Assembly (NCBI GenBank): GCA_024637035.1
Contig: JAGXFW010000022.1
Coordinates: 76,408-140,407 of the forward strand
From: Actinomycetes bacterium
Lineage (GTDB): Bacteria; Actinomycetota; Thermoleophilia; RBG-16-64-13
Direction: 5' to 3'
DNA length: 64,000 bases
Position numbers and translations under genes: made by a program. Of the stretch, positions 19,080 to 29,122 are shown in pieces. Below the pieces are notes generated by a model. The model was not told the DNA's origin and ran no database searches. It worked only from the letters and a program-made list of their open reading frames with translations. Every line of letters begins with the position of its first letter. The first letter of the stretch is position 1.

Positions 19080-19388
19080 ATGAACTACGGTGTCTTCGAA
19101 CTCGGGGCGGGGATGATCGGCCTCTTCTTGATGGCCGCGTTCTGGATCGCGATCATCGTGGGTGTCGTTCTGCTGGTCAAAGCTCTGATCCGGCGCGACG
19201 AGCGCAGTGATGCGCGGGATCGACAGGCGGCTTCGACTGCAAGCCCGCCGGCGCCAGGGTATCCGCTGCCGGCGGCCGCACCTGCGCGACCGAGTGCCGA
19301 TGCCCTGCGTATCCTCGAGGAACGGTACGCACGCGGCGACATCGACCGCGAGGACTTCCTGGCACGAAAGGCCGACCTCACCGCCTGA
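19080..19388 (+). CDS. SHOCT-domain membrane protein
   Basis: TM helix plus ALRILEERYARGDIDREDF. Confidence 0.85.
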   Translation: MNYGVFELGAGMIGLFLMAAFWIAIIVGVVLLVKALIRRDERSDARDRQAASTASPPAPGYPLPAAAPARPSADALRILEERYARGDIDREDFLARKADLTA

Positions 19389-19416
19389 CGCGAAAGGCCG
19401 ACCTCACCGCCTGACG
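19365..19416. repeat. 26-bp perfect tandem duplication of a gene 3' end
   Basis: CGAAAGGCCGACCTCACCGCCTGACG x2. Confidence 0.9.
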
Positions 19417-19484
19417 CGGCGGGCCTCAGCCGGCTTTCCAAGACCGTCTCTCGCCGCCGCGCGCGTGACTCACCGTGCCCGGTT

Positions 19485-19535
19485 TTGCTTTGCGGGCGCC
19501 CCTTCTGATACCATATAACCGTGTAAACGGTTGTA
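19485..19535 (+). promoter_or_regulatory. putative ars promoter/ArsR operator
   Basis: TTGCTT-18 nt-TACCAT followed by imperfect dyad TATAACCG-N6-CGGTTGTA directly upstream of arsR. Confidence 0.5.
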
Positions 19536-19554
19536 CGAGTAGAAGGGACCGCGA

Positions 19555-19914
19555 ATGCGAGATGTGGCCGGCCTGTTCAAGGCTCTCGCCGACGAGACGC
19601 GACTGGAGATGTTGGCGCTCCTGGTGCAACGTGAAGAGCTCTGCGTCTGCCGGTTCGAGGAAGCGCTCGACATCACGCAGTCGAAAGCCTCGCGTCACCT
19701 GCGCTATCTCCTGAACGCCGGCCTGGTGTCCGATCGCCGCGACGGCGTGTGGGTGCACTATCGCATCGCCTCCGACCTCCCGACCGAGCAGGCAGAGTTG
19801 CTCAGAGCCCTGCCGCTGATCCTGGGCGAGGGTCGGATGGAGCAAGCCGTCCAGCGCCTGGCTCCGGGCGACGAATCCAGAGAAAAGCAGGCGGCGGAGA
19901 CGTGCGCCCCGTGA
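19555..19914 (+). CDS. arsR: ArsR/SmtB metalloregulator
   Basis: FKALADETRL, ELCVC metal box, SRHLRYL, WVHY. Confidence 0.9.
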   Translation: MRDVAGLFKALADETRLEMLALLVQREELCVCRFEEALDITQSKASRHLRYLLNAGLVSDRRDGVWVHYRIASDLPTEQAELLRALPLILGEGRMEQAVQRLAPGDESREKQAAETCAP

Positions 19915-19961
19915 TCGATAGTCCGAAGACCCCTAACAAGCACTCGAGAGAGGCGGTAAAC

Positions 19962-20207
19962 GTGGAGATCAAGGTGCTGGGTACGGGATGCGCTAAGTGC
20001 GAACAGCTCTACGAGACGACCCGTTCGGCCCTCGAACAGGCGGGCATGGACCCGGGCCAAGTGGTCAAGGTGGTGGACATCGACGAGATCCTCGCTCACG
20101 GGGTGATGATGACCCCTGCCCTGGTCATCGACGGCGAAGTCAAATCCACGGGCAAGGTGCCGAACGCCGCTCAGATCGCCGCATGGGTTGGTCAGGCCGC
20201 CGGCTGA
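19962..20207 (+). CDS. small redox-active disulfide protein (thioredoxin-like)
   Basis: IKVLGTGCAKC, GVMMTPALVIDGEV. Confidence 0.9.
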   Translation: MEIKVLGTGCAKCEQLYETTRSALEQAGMDPGQVVKVVDIDEILAHGVMMTPALVIDGEVKSTGKVPNAAQIAAWVGQAAG

Positions 20208-21337
20208 TGTCGGATCTAGCTGCTGCGACACCGAGAGAGAGGCCCCCCGGGCGGGCGGCTGCACCCCGCGGCGCCGTCGGCGGGCCGATCAGGGAGTCGG
20301 GCGCGACCGTCGCTTGGTACGTCGGGACTCTGATCGCCGGCCTCGCCGGATGGGTGTTCGTATATCGTCTGCTCGATCCGGCGTCGCGCTGGCTCTCGTT
20401 CACGCTCCTCGGTCTCGATCCGGAGAGCGCTTTGGGGTCCGCCGTGCAATTCTTCCTCTATGACGCGCCCAAGGTGCTGATGCTGCTGCTGGTCGTGGTG
20501 TTCGCCGTGGGTATCGTGCGCACGTTCTTCACTCCCGAACGCACCCGGGCCTTGCTCGCCGGTCGGCGGGAAGCTGTGGGGAATGTGCTCGCGGGTAGTC
20601 TGGGCATCGTCACGCCCTTTTGCTCCTGCTCGGCGGTGCCGTTGTTCATAGGGTTCGTCACGGCCGGCGTGCCCCTTGGGGTGACCTTCTCGTTCCTGAT
20701 CTCGGCACCGCTGGTGAACGAGGTGGCGCTGGTGTTGCTGTGGGGGTTGTTCGGATGGCGTGTCGCGCTGCTCTACTTGGCGACCGGTCTCGCCATCGCG
20801 ATCGGTGCCGGCTGGGTGTTGGGTCGACTGAGACTGGAACGTCACGTCGAGCCGTGGGTGTACGAGGTGAAGGTGGGCGAGGCCCAGGTGCAGGCGCCGA
20901 CGTGGCGGGAACGCATAGGCGAAGGTCGGACGGCGGTCAAGGATATCGTCGGCAAGGTATGGCCCTACCTTCTGGGCGGGATCGCGGTGGGCGCTTTGAT
21001 CCACGGTTACGTGCCTGAAGGATTCCTGGCCTCGTTCATGGGTCGGGGAGCGTGGTGGTCGGTGCCGCTGGCGGTGATTCTGGGCGTGCCCATGTACGCC
21101 AACGCCGCAGGCATGATCCCGGTCGTGGAGGCGCTCCTCGGGAAGGGGGCGGCTCTCGGGACGGCTCTGGCCTTCATGATGGCCGTGATCGCCCTCTCGT
21201 TCCCGGAGTTCGTGATCCTACGCAAGGTCTTGCGGCCTCGTCTGCTGGCTCTCTTCGCCGGTGTGGTTGCTTCCGGCATCTTGATCGTTGGCTACCTGTT
21301 CAACGTCCTGGACATCGGTCGGTTGGTGGTGTCGTGA
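20207..21337 (+). CDS. arsP: ArsP-family (DUF318) permease
   Basis: [28 protein letters not shown]; multiple TM helices. Confidence 0.85.
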   Translation: MSDLAAATPRERPPGRAAAPRGAVGGPIRESGATVAWYVGTLIAGLAGWVFVYRLLDPASRWLSFTLLGLDPESALGSAVQFFLYDAPKVLMLLLVVVFAVGIVRTFFTPERTRALLAGRREAVGNVLAGSLGIVTPFCSCSAVPLFIGFVTAGVPLGVTFSFLISAPLVNEVALVLLWGLFGWRVALLYLATGLAIAIGAGWVLGRLRLERHVEPWVYEVKVGEAQVQAPTWRERIGEGRTAVKDIVGKVWPYLLGGIAVGALIHGYVPEGFLASFMGRGAWWSVPLAVILGVPMYANAAGMIPVVEALLGKGAALGTALAFMMAVIALSFPEFVILRKVLRPRLLALFAGVVASGILIVGYLFNVLDIGRLVVS

Positions 21338-21350
21338 CGACGAAGGGAGC

Positions 21351-22415
21351 ATGGTGCATCGTCTGAAGTTCCTCGACAGGTATCTCACGCTGTGGATCTT
21401 CCTGGCAATGGCCATAGGGGTGGCTGTCGGCTGGGTGTGGCCGTCCATCTCCGACGTGATCACACGGGCTAGTTGGGGCACGACGTCGGTGCCCATCGCG
21501 GTGGGGCTGATCGTCATGATGTATCCACCTCTGGCGAAGGTGCGCTACGAGGAGCTCGGCGAGGTGTTCCGGAACAAGCGGATCTTGGGGCTGTCGCTTG
21601 TGCAGAACTGGGTGGTGGGGCCTGTCTTGATGTTCGTGCTGGCTGTCGTCTTCCTCTCCGACAAGCCGGAGTACATGCAGGGGCTCATTCTCATCGGTCT
21701 AGCGCGTTGCATCGCCATGGTGATCGTGTGGAACGACCTCGCCAAGGGCGACTGCGAGTACTGCGCCGGTCTGGTGGCGTTCAACTCGGTGTTCCAGGTG
21801 CTCTTCTTCTCTGTGTATGCCTGGGTCTTCATCACCGTGCTGCCGGGGTGGCTGGGTCTGGCGGGCGCGGTGGTCGATGTGACCATCGGTCAGATCGCCA
21901 AGAGCGTATTCGTCTACCTTGGGATACCGTTCTTGGCAGGCGTCGTCACGAGGTTCGTCCTGATCCGCGCAAAGGACAAGACGTGGTATCACGAGTCGTT
22001 CATCCCCCGTATCAGTCCGCTGACCCTTATCGCGCTCCTCTTCACCATCCTCGTGATGTTCTCTCTGAAGGGCGAGGTCATCGTGCAGTTGCCGCTCGAC
22101 GTGGTGCGAATCGCCATACCGCTCCTGCTCTACTTCGTGATCATGTTCTTCGTCAGCTTCTGGATGAGCAAGCGCATGGGGGCGGACTACGAGAAGAGCG
22201 CGACTCTTTCGTTCACGGCCGCTTCGAACAACTTCGAGCTGGCCATAGCTGTGGCCATCGCCGTGTTCGGGCTGGCGTCCGCGCAGGCTTTCACCGCCGT
22301 GATCGGACCACTTGTCGAGGTGCCGGTGTTGATCGGTCTGGTGAGCGTGGCTCTCTGGTTGCGGCGCCGGTGGTGGGGCGGCCCAGCGGTCGTCGAGGCG
22401 GGGCGGTCGGCATGA
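21351..22415 (+). CDS. acr3: ACR3-family arsenite efflux transporter
   Basis: [45 protein letters not shown]. Confidence 0.95.
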   Translation: MVHRLKFLDRYLTLWIFLAMAIGVAVGWVWPSISDVITRASWGTTSVPIAVGLIVMMYPPLAKVRYEELGEVFRNKRILGLSLVQNWVVGPVLMFVLAVVFLSDKPEYMQGLILIGLARCIAMVIVWNDLAKGDCEYCAGLVAFNSVFQVLFFSVYAWVFITVLPGWLGLAGAVVDVTIGQIAKSVFVYLGIPFLAGVVTRFVLIRAKDKTWYHESFIPRISPLTLIALLFTILVMFSLKGEVIVQLPLDVVRIAIPLLLYFVIMFFVSFWMSKRMGADYEKSATLSFTAASNNFELAIAVAIAVFGLASAQAFTAVIGPLVEVPVLIGLVSVALWLRRRWWGGPAVVEAGRSA

Positions 22416-22440
22416 GCGGGCGAGTCGAGTCGCGATTGGA

Positions 22441-22974
22441 GTGGGCGTGAGCGCAGAGTCGCACGAAACGAGCGCGCCGGCACCGAGTTGCCCTGGGTGT
22501 GGCGCCCCGGCCCGTGCGGTGGGCCTGAAGACGGTCAAGCACCTGCTCGACTTTCCGCAGTCGCGGGCCGTTTCCGGCGAGGGGTGGCTGTTCTGCCCGA
22601 AGGCCGACTGCGACGCGTACTACTTCCGGGCTGCCGACCTGGTCGCGAGCGATGCGGCGGCTTCCCCGGACGTGTCGGCGCCCGCGCCCAAAGTCTATCG
22701 CGCCGCCGACATCAAGCAGCGCGCCCGTCCGCACGCCCAAGGATCTGACCGCCTCGTCTGCTACTGCTTCGGCTACACCGTGGGCGACATAGCCACCGAC
22801 GCCCGCGGCGGCCGGAATGAGATACCGTCGGCGATCGCCGCGGAAGTCAGGGCGGGCATGTGTGCCTGCGAGGTGCTCAACCCCGGCGGGGGCTGATGCA
22901 CCGCCCAGGTCCGCGGGGTCGCCGCGGAGGCACTGCAGGGTGGTCAGACCGGCTCGCCGCCGGAGCGCCCGTGA
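22441..22974 (+). CDS. CopZ-N/BFD-like Fe-S metallochaperone, probable selenoprotein (UGA at 22894-22896)
   Basis: CPGCG, FCPKADC, VCYCFG, CACEVLNPGGG-UGA-C; frame stays open to 22974; SECIS-like hairpin at 22910-22928. Confidence 0.7.
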
Positions 22975-23034
22975 CCGGCTCGCCGCCCGAGAGCCTATGA
23001 GCGCCGCCGGAGCGCCCGTGACCGGTCGCCGCCC

Positions 23035-23757
23035 ATGACGGAACTCGCCTTCTTCTCCGACGTGCACGGCAATGTCTCGGCCCTCCGGGCCGTGCTGTCC
23101 GATCTGACCTCCCGCGGGATCGATCGGGTCTTCTGCCTCGGAGATCTCGTGGGCTACGGCCCCGATCCAAACGGTGCGATCGACCTGATCCGTGAGGCCG
23201 GCGTAGCGACCATCCTCGGTAACTACGACGACGGCGTGGCCTTCGATCGCGGCGATTGCGGGTGCTACTACGCCGACGCGGCGGCTCGCCGCATCGGCGA
23301 CGCCTCGTATGAGTTCACCGCCGCTACCGTCACTCTGGAGCACAAGGCCTGGTTGCGCGGGCTTCCACGGGAGCTGCGCGTGGAGGCGGCGGGGCTTCGT
23401 CTTCATCTGTTCCACGGGAGTCCACGCCGCATCAACGAGTACCTTCAGGAAGACCGTGACGAGCGTACCTTCCGAAGACTGGCCGCCCAAACCGACGCGG
23501 ACGTCCTGCTGTTCGGTCACACGCACAAGCCCTGGCACCGGGAGTATGGCGGCGTGCTGTTCGTGAACGTGGGTTCCGCAGGCCGGCCCAAGGATGGCGA
23601 CGTGCGTGCCGCCTACACGGTGATCCATCTGGCGGAGGGGCGGCCACCGGTGGTGGAAGTGCAGCGGGTGGCGTACGACGTGGAGGAGACGGCCCGCGGC
23701 GTTCTCGCCGCCGGTCTGCCCGTCGAACTGGCGGAGGCCTTTCGACGTGGAGGGTAG
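23035..23757 (+). CDS. metallophosphoesterase (YfcE/calcineurin-like)
   Basis: SDVHGN, GDLVGYGP, GNYD, HGSP, GHTH, NVGS. Confidence 0.9.
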   Translation: MTELAFFSDVHGNVSALRAVLSDLTSRGIDRVFCLGDLVGYGPDPNGAIDLIREAGVATILGNYDDGVAFDRGDCGCYYADAAARRIGDASYEFTAATVTLEHKAWLRGLPRELRVEAAGLRLHLFHGSPRRINEYLQEDRDERTFRRLAAQTDADVLLFGHTHKPWHREYGGVLFVNVGSAGRPKDGDVRAAYTVIHLAEGRPPVVEVQRVAYDVEETARGVLAAGLPVELAEAFRRGG

Positions 23758-24322
23758 TGGATGGCGGCGAGCGGAGGCGGAGCGATGCGCTCAGTACGAG
23801 CGGTTCCGCGCGATCGACTCAGCCTTCCGAGCGGGAGACCTTGCGGCGCTGCGGGCGGCGGTCGACGATCCGCAGGTAGTACCCAACGGGCCGATGCCGC
23901 TCGAGATAGGACCCTGTCTCGAGTACGCGATCTACATCAGCCCTCTGCCGTTCATCCGCGCCCTGCTGCAGATCGGCGCGGACCCCGACCCGCAGGATCA
24001 CATCGGGTTGCCGCCGCTGATCGCGGCTCTGTCATGCGGCCGCGCTCAGCCCGGAGCCCCGGCTCGGGCGGATGTCCTCGAGATCATCAAGCTCTTGCTC
24101 AGTTTCGGGGCGGATCCGGATCAGCGCGGCGTCAATGACTATACGGCTCTGCACATGGCCGCCGGTGAGGAGAACCTGGACGCGGTCCGGATCTTGTTGG
24201 AAGCGGGCGCGAATCCGTTGCTTCGAACGCGCATCGACGATTGCGAGACGCCTCGCGAACTCGCCGAGGCGGCCGGCCTGCACGATATCGCGCGCCTGCT
24301 CGCGGAGTGGGAGACGGTCTAG
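23747..24322 (+). CDS. ankyrin repeat protein
   Basis: LLQIGADP, LLSFGADP, TALHMAA, LLEAGANP. Confidence 0.8.
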   Translation: MEGSGWRRAEAERCAQYERFRAIDSAFRAGDLAALRAAVDDPQVVPNGPMPLEIGPCLEYAIYISPLPFIRALLQIGADPDPQDHIGLPPLIAALSCGRAQPGAPARADVLEIIKLLLSFGADPDQRGVNDYTALHMAAGEENLDAVRILLEAGANPLLRTRIDDCETPRELAEAAGLHDIARLLAEWETV

Positions 24323-24352
24323 CGCCCTTCCCCTTCGGCGCCGCCGCCACGT

Positions 24353-24415
24353 GTCTCCGAGCGGGCGCCACGTCTCCGAACGGGCGCCACGTCTCCGAGC
24401 GGGCGCCACGTCTCC
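24353..24415. repeat. 19-bp tandem repeat, about 3.3 copies
   Basis: GTCTCCGA(G/A)CGGGCGCCAC units. Confidence 0.9.
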
Positions 24416-24749
24416 CGCGGTGGCCCCGCGTGTCCGGGAGGGGCGGCGCCGCGGGTTCCGGAGCGCGGTCATCCCTAGTCGCGCTTCAAGATGACACCCG
24501 CGTCGCCCACGACCCACCAGTTGTCGGGCCCGCGCAGGCCACGCCGTTCAGCGAGGTTCCGTGCCCGTTTCCTGCGAATTCCAGGTGGCTCCCTCGTCTC
24601 TGACCTCGGCGATGTAGCTGTGGTTGCCCACTGCCCACGCCCCGACGCGATGTCCCGACCGTTCCTTGGACCGCTGATGTGGGTACAGCGCCTTGACATT
24701 CGCGTGAATCGCGATGCCAGAGCTGAGGGTCGGAAGGGAAGGGGGAAGC

Positions 24750-25499
24750 GTGACGGATCGAGGCACCGAAGCACACGAGGCACACGACCACGGCGGCTGG
24801 GATTTCTCGGGGTTGCGGGCGCTCTTCTTGAACTGCACGCTGAAGCGTTCTCCCGAACTGTCGCACACGCAGGGTCTCATCGATATCTCGAGGCCCATCA
24901 TGGAGAGGCACGGCGTAACGGTCGAAGTGCTACGGCCGGTGGATCATGACATAGCCTACGGCGTGTATCCGGATATGACCGAACGCGGCTGGGACCGTGA
25001 TGAGTGGCCGGAGATGCTCGAGAAGGTGATGGCCTCCCACATCCTGGTGATCACCTCGCCCATCTGGCTGGGGGAGAAGTCCTCGGTCTGCACCAAGGTG
25101 ATCGAACGCTTGTACTCTTCGTCGGGCGATCTCAACGACGCTGGTCAATATGCGTACTACGGGAAGGTCGGTGGCTGCCTGATCACCGGCAACGAGGATG
25201 GAGCCAAGCACTGCGCCATGAACATACTGTACTCACTGCAGCATCTCGGGTACGTCATCCCTCCTCAGGCCGACGCGGCGTGGGTTGGCGAGGCCGGCCC
25301 CGGCCCGTCGTACCTCGAGACCGGTTCCGGCGGACCGGAGAACGACTTCACCAACCGCAACACCACCTTCATGACCTGGAACCTGATGCATATGGCGCAT
25401 ATGTTGCGGACCGCGGGCGGCATTCCGGCTCACGGCAACCAGCGGGCGAAGTGGGTGGCCGGGTGCCGTTCCGATCATCCCAATCCCGAGTACCGGTAG
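24750..25499 (+). CDS. flavodoxin-like / NADPH-dependent FMN reductase family
   Basis: NCTLKRSPELSHT, SPIWLGE, GNEDGAKH. Confidence 0.8.
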   Translation: MTDRGTEAHEAHDHGGWDFSGLRALFLNCTLKRSPELSHTQGLIDISRPIMERHGVTVEVLRPVDHDIAYGVYPDMTERGWDRDEWPEMLEKVMASHILVITSPIWLGEKSSVCTKVIERLYSSSGDLNDAGQYAYYGKVGGCLITGNEDGAKHCAMNILYSLQHLGYVIPPQADAAWVGEAGPGPSYLETGSGGPENDFTNRNTTFMTWNLMHMAHMLRTAGGIPAHGNQRAKWVAGCRSDHPNPEYR

Positions 25500-25562
25500 A
25501 CCGGGCCGCAGTTCGCGGGGAGTGGGGCAACAGAACACCATGAGTGAGAGGCGGGTGGCAGG

Positions 25563-26027
25563 GTGAGAGAAGTGCGCAGAACGGACCGCGTCATCCCGGA
25601 CGCGGAGGTTCGGGATCTCCTGCGGCGGGCGGAGTGGGGCGTGCTGTCCACCGTGTCCGAGGACGGGACTCCGTACGGGGTGCCGCTGAACTACTGGGTC
25701 ACGGACGATTCCCTCTACTTCCATTGTGCCGTCGAAGGCCGGAAGACCGAGAACCTCGGTCATTCGCCGTCGGTCTCCTTCTGCGTGGTCGGGACCACTG
25801 AAGTGATGCCGGAGAAGTTCGGCACGAAGTACGAGAGCGTCATCGTCGCCGGGCGGGCCGAGGAGGTCTTCGCCGCGGGCAAGGAAGCCGCCTTGGAGGG
25901 CCTGCTCCGGAAGTACTCCGCCGATTTCTTCGACGAAGGAATCGACTACATCCGGACGATCGGCGAGAAGACGAGGGTCTTCAGGATCGAGATCGACCAC
26001 GTGAGTGGCAAGGCTCGGAGGGCCTGA
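25563..26027 (+). CDS. pyridoxamine 5'-phosphate oxidase-like (NimA-like) flavin-binding protein
   Basis: PYGVPLNY, YFHCAVEGRK, YESVI, SGK. Confidence 0.85.
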   Translation: MREVRRTDRVIPDAEVRDLLRRAEWGVLSTVSEDGTPYGVPLNYWVTDDSLYFHCAVEGRKTENLGHSPSVSFCVVGTTEVMPEKFGTKYESVIVAGRAEEVFAAGKEAALEGLLRKYSADFFDEGIDYIRTIGEKTRVFRIEIDHVSGKARRA

Positions 26028-26079
26028 TGGCACGGTGGCCGCGGACGGAAGGTGGCGCCGTCGTGCGCGTGGGCGCACG

Positions 26080-26409
26080 GTGACCGCTCTTTGGTCGATC
26101 GCGCTGTTCGTCTTGGCCGGCCTCGCTGAGATCGGCGGCGGCTATCTGGTTTGGCTGTGGATCCGGGAAGGTTGGGCCTTCCCGATCGGCGCCCTGGGCG
26201 CATTGATCCTGATCGCCTATGGGGTGATCCCCACATTCCAGCCGGAAGGGAGTTTTGGCCGCATCTACGCGGCGTACGGCGGGGTGTTCGTGATCATGTC
26301 CACCTTCTGGGGCTGGTGGGTCGACGGCAAAGTGCCCGACCTCTGGGACTGGGTGGGCGCCGCCGTCTGCGTCGCGGGGGTGAGCATCATCATGTGGGCG
26401 CCGCGGTAG
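26080..26409 (+). CDS. YnfA/UPF0060 membrane protein
   Basis: AEIGGGYLVWLW, GRIYAAYGGVF, PDLWD. Confidence 0.9.
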   Translation: MTALWSIALFVLAGLAEIGGGYLVWLWIREGWAFPIGALGALILIAYGVIPTFQPEGSFGRIYAAYGGVFVIMSTFWGWWVDGKVPDLWDWVGAAVCVAGVSIIMWAPR

Positions 26410-26496
26410 GGCCACGGGTTTCCCGTCCTCACCACCGGGCACAATCCGGGCACGGCTCCCGCGCGGCCGCTCCGCGCTCCCCGAAGGAGGCAGACC

Positions 26497-26898
26497 ATGA
26501 GCTCAAACCCAGCAGACGATCCCAGCCTCGATCCCTCGGACCACAAGACTTTGCTCGACCGGATGGCGGAACGCGTGGGGTCCAATGCGCGTGCGGAAAC
26601 GGTGTATGGCGCTCCGGTGGAGCGTGACGGGGTGACCGTGATACCTGTCGCCAAGGTGCGCTGGGGCTTCGGAGGTGGCGACGGCAGCAGTACCGGGGAC
26701 GGTGCGACCCACGGCGTCGGCAGCGGGAGCGGCGGGGGCGGCGGCGTCACTGTGTCGCCGCTCGGCTACATCGAGTTGGTCGATGGGAGTTCCCGATTTC
26801 GACGCATCCACGACCCGGTCGGACTTCTTCCCGTCGTGTTTGGAGCGGGGCTGGTTGCGCTGCTCTTGCTCCGGAGCCTGAGGAAGATCGTACACTGA
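26497..26898 (+). CDS. GerW/YtfJ-family protein
   Basis: VYGAPVERDGVTVIPVAKVRWGFGGG, GGGGGV, PLGYI. Confidence 0.8.
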   Translation: MSSNPADDPSLDPSDHKTLLDRMAERVGSNARAETVYGAPVERDGVTVIPVAKVRWGFGGGDGSSTGDGATHGVGSGSGGGGGVTVSPLGYIELVDGSSRFRRIHDPVGLLPVVFGAGLVALLLLRSLRKIVH

Positions 26899-26920
26899 GC
26901 GGGCTTCGGGACCCGCTCAG
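26895..26920. terminator. hairpin between convergent genes
   Basis: CTGAGCGGG-N8-CCCGCTCAG. Confidence 0.55.
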
Positions 26921-26961
26921 CTCCAGCTGACATCAGTGGTTCAGAGGCGGAAGCCCGTCGC

Positions 26962-27726
26962 CTACTTCGTGAAGCCCTCTACCACGTAGGTGCCCCCGGC
27001 CTTGCGGTCGCGCCGGATCTTGAGGAACCCGCGCTTCTCCGCGTCTTCGAGCATGTCGCTGAAGCTGCGGTAGCCATAGGTGGACTCGGTGAAGGCGGGG
27101 CGCTTCCGGCGCATGGTGTCTTTCACCATCGAGGCGAAGATGGGGTCCTTGTTCTCGCGGATGAGGGCCGCCACCGACTCGAAGAGCAGGTCGAAGACCT
27201 CCTGCTTGGCCGTCGGGATGTCCCCGGCCGCCTTGGGCAGCGGCAGCGCTTTCGGCGCCTTCTCAAGGTCTTCGTAGTAGATGAACTCGTCGCAGTTGCC
27301 GGCGAGGAGGTCCGAGGTGGACTCCTTGATGCCGATTCCGATGATGTGCTTGCCGTTCTCTTTGAGCTTCGACACCAGCGGCGAGAAGTCGGAGTCACCT
27401 GACACGATCACGAAGGTGTCGATGTGCTCTTTCGACCAGGCCAGGTCCATAGCATCGACCACCAAGCGGATGTCGGCCGAGTTCTTGCCGGTCATGCTCC
27501 GCCGGGGGATCTCGATGAGTTCGATCGCCGCCTCGTGCAACTGCCTGGTGAATTGCTTGTACTCGCTCCAGTCGGCGTAGGCCTTCTTGACGATCACTTT
27601 GCCCTTCTCGACCAAACGCTCAAGGATGGGTTCCATGCTGAACTCGCCACGCCGGTGTTTGAAGCCGATGGCCAGGTTCTCGAAATCGATGAATACCGCT
27701 AGGGTGCGGGCTGATTCTTCTGTCAT
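26962..27726 (-). CDS. NYN domain protein with OST-HTH/LOTUS domain
   Basis: FIDFEN, GKNSADIRLVVDA, SGDSDF, FTESTYGYRSFS. Confidence 0.9.
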   Translation of the reverse strand: MTEESARTLAVFIDFENLAIGFKHRRGEFSMEPILERLVEKGKVIVKKAYADWSEYKQFTRQLHEAAIELIEIPRRSMTGKNSADIRLVVDAMDLAWSKEHIDTFVIVSGDSDFSPLVSKLKENGKHIIGIGIKESTSDLLAGNCDEFIYYEDLEKAPKALPLPKAAGDIPTAKQEVFDLLFESVAALIRENKDPIFASMVKDTMRRKRPAFTESTYGYRSFSDMLEDAEKRGFLKIRRDRKAGGTYVVEGFTK

Positions 27727-27878
27727 GGGGTCGTTCCCCGCCTTCCGTTCGTATGTGACGCCCACGAGGGCGCTCCACCTCATAGCATAGCCGAAATGGG
27801 CCGAGCGGCCCATCGGCCGCGAACCGCCCTGCGGCGCAGGAGCACCGATCACCTTCACGGTCTGGGCAGGAACAGGGT

Positions 27879-29122
27879 CTACAGCATCTCCAGGAAGCTT
27901 TCCAGTCTCCCCGCGGTGTTGCTGGAGCCCCCTCCACGCTGGTCGAGAGCGTCGCCGTCTATGGTGAGGAACGGGATGCCCTCACGCGTAAGGACACTTC
28001 GCAACACGGGGAGCGTGCCGAGTCCCTGGCGACAGCCCCAGTGATTGAAGTGGATCACCCCATCGGCCCGCGCGCTGCGCGCCAACTCGACCACCAGGCG
28101 CGCGCGTCGGGTGGCGCTTCCCCAGACGGGGTGTTCGATCAGTCGTCGGGCCAGGTCGGGGAAGGGGTCGGCGGGATCGATCTCGTCCAGATGGGTGCGC
28201 CCCATCTCCTCGAACACCACGGCTCCCCCGTGAGCGCGGATGAGGTCGAAGGCGGAGTCGTCGTGGTGCGGCACCGTGTGCAGCCAGACCAGGCGAGGCC
28301 GGGGGCCGCGGGCCCCCCCGAGCCGTACGTGGGCACGACGAGGTCGGCGCACCCGCGCTCCGTGAGCAGCTTCTCAAAGCCTCGTGCGCCTGGGACCGTG
28401 CCCCAGAGCATCTGGCCGAGGAAGGCGAATGCGAACATGTGCCTGCCGTCGAGCACCAGGTCACCCGACATGCGGCCCGTGTCGATGTAACGCCATGCCC
28501 GCGCGGCCCGGCTCGAGTTGCGTATCGCTTCCGCCAGCGCCGGCCTCCGCCCCGTCATCTCGCCGAGCTGTTCGTGTAGTGCGCCCAACTGTTCCGCTAC
28601 GTCGGCCACCTGATCGGGGTGTGCGGGACCCTCGTCCGGCGGCAGCGGCACGTGGATGCTGATGAAGGGCACGTCGTGTTCGCGGGCCAGCTCGTCGAGC
28701 AGGCACTCCTTGGCCGCGCAGAGCGGCGTGGTGCCCAGACAGAGGGATGGTGCGGGAAGCAGGCGGGCGTCGAGCGCCGCCCGGGCGGCCCGGTGGTAGC
28801 TACAGAGATCCCGAGGGAGGGCCGACCGGTTCATGGCCACTTCGACCTCCCCGCGGAAGTCCATGCCCATCAGGGTGGTGGCCGCCACCTCGGGGATCAG
28901 CGGGGTGAGCCCGTACGAAGCCAACAACTCGGAGGGGAAGAGATACGAGACCCATGGGACGAAAGCGCCCTCCTCGTGGAGCGCGAGCGCAGCCGCTAGG
29001 GCATGGTGTTCAAGGTACTTCCGCGCGGTGCCCGACTTCAGGGCTCTCACCTGCGTACGCACCGAGACCGCTCTTCTAGCCATGGTGCTCGCGAGCCCGC
29101 TCTGGAGAGCCGTGCTCTTCAA
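27879..29122 (-). pseudogene. 2-hydroxyacyl-CoA dehydratase subunit (HgdA/B family), frameshifted near 28301-28319 (possible sequencing error)
   Basis: N-part PSELL, DLCSYHR; C-part ADGVIHFNHWGCRQ, LTIDGD, GRLESFLEM; one extra base in a G7 or C5 run joins the frames. Confidence 0.75.

Noticed and set aside
24353-24415. Possible CRISPR array
   Set aside because: Units are contiguous with no unique spacers, and there are no cas genes; the same applies to 38850-38925 and 12938-12989
24693-24725. MerR-like promoter upstream of the flavodoxin-like gene
   Set aside because: TTGACA is present, but the -10 box and dyad are weak
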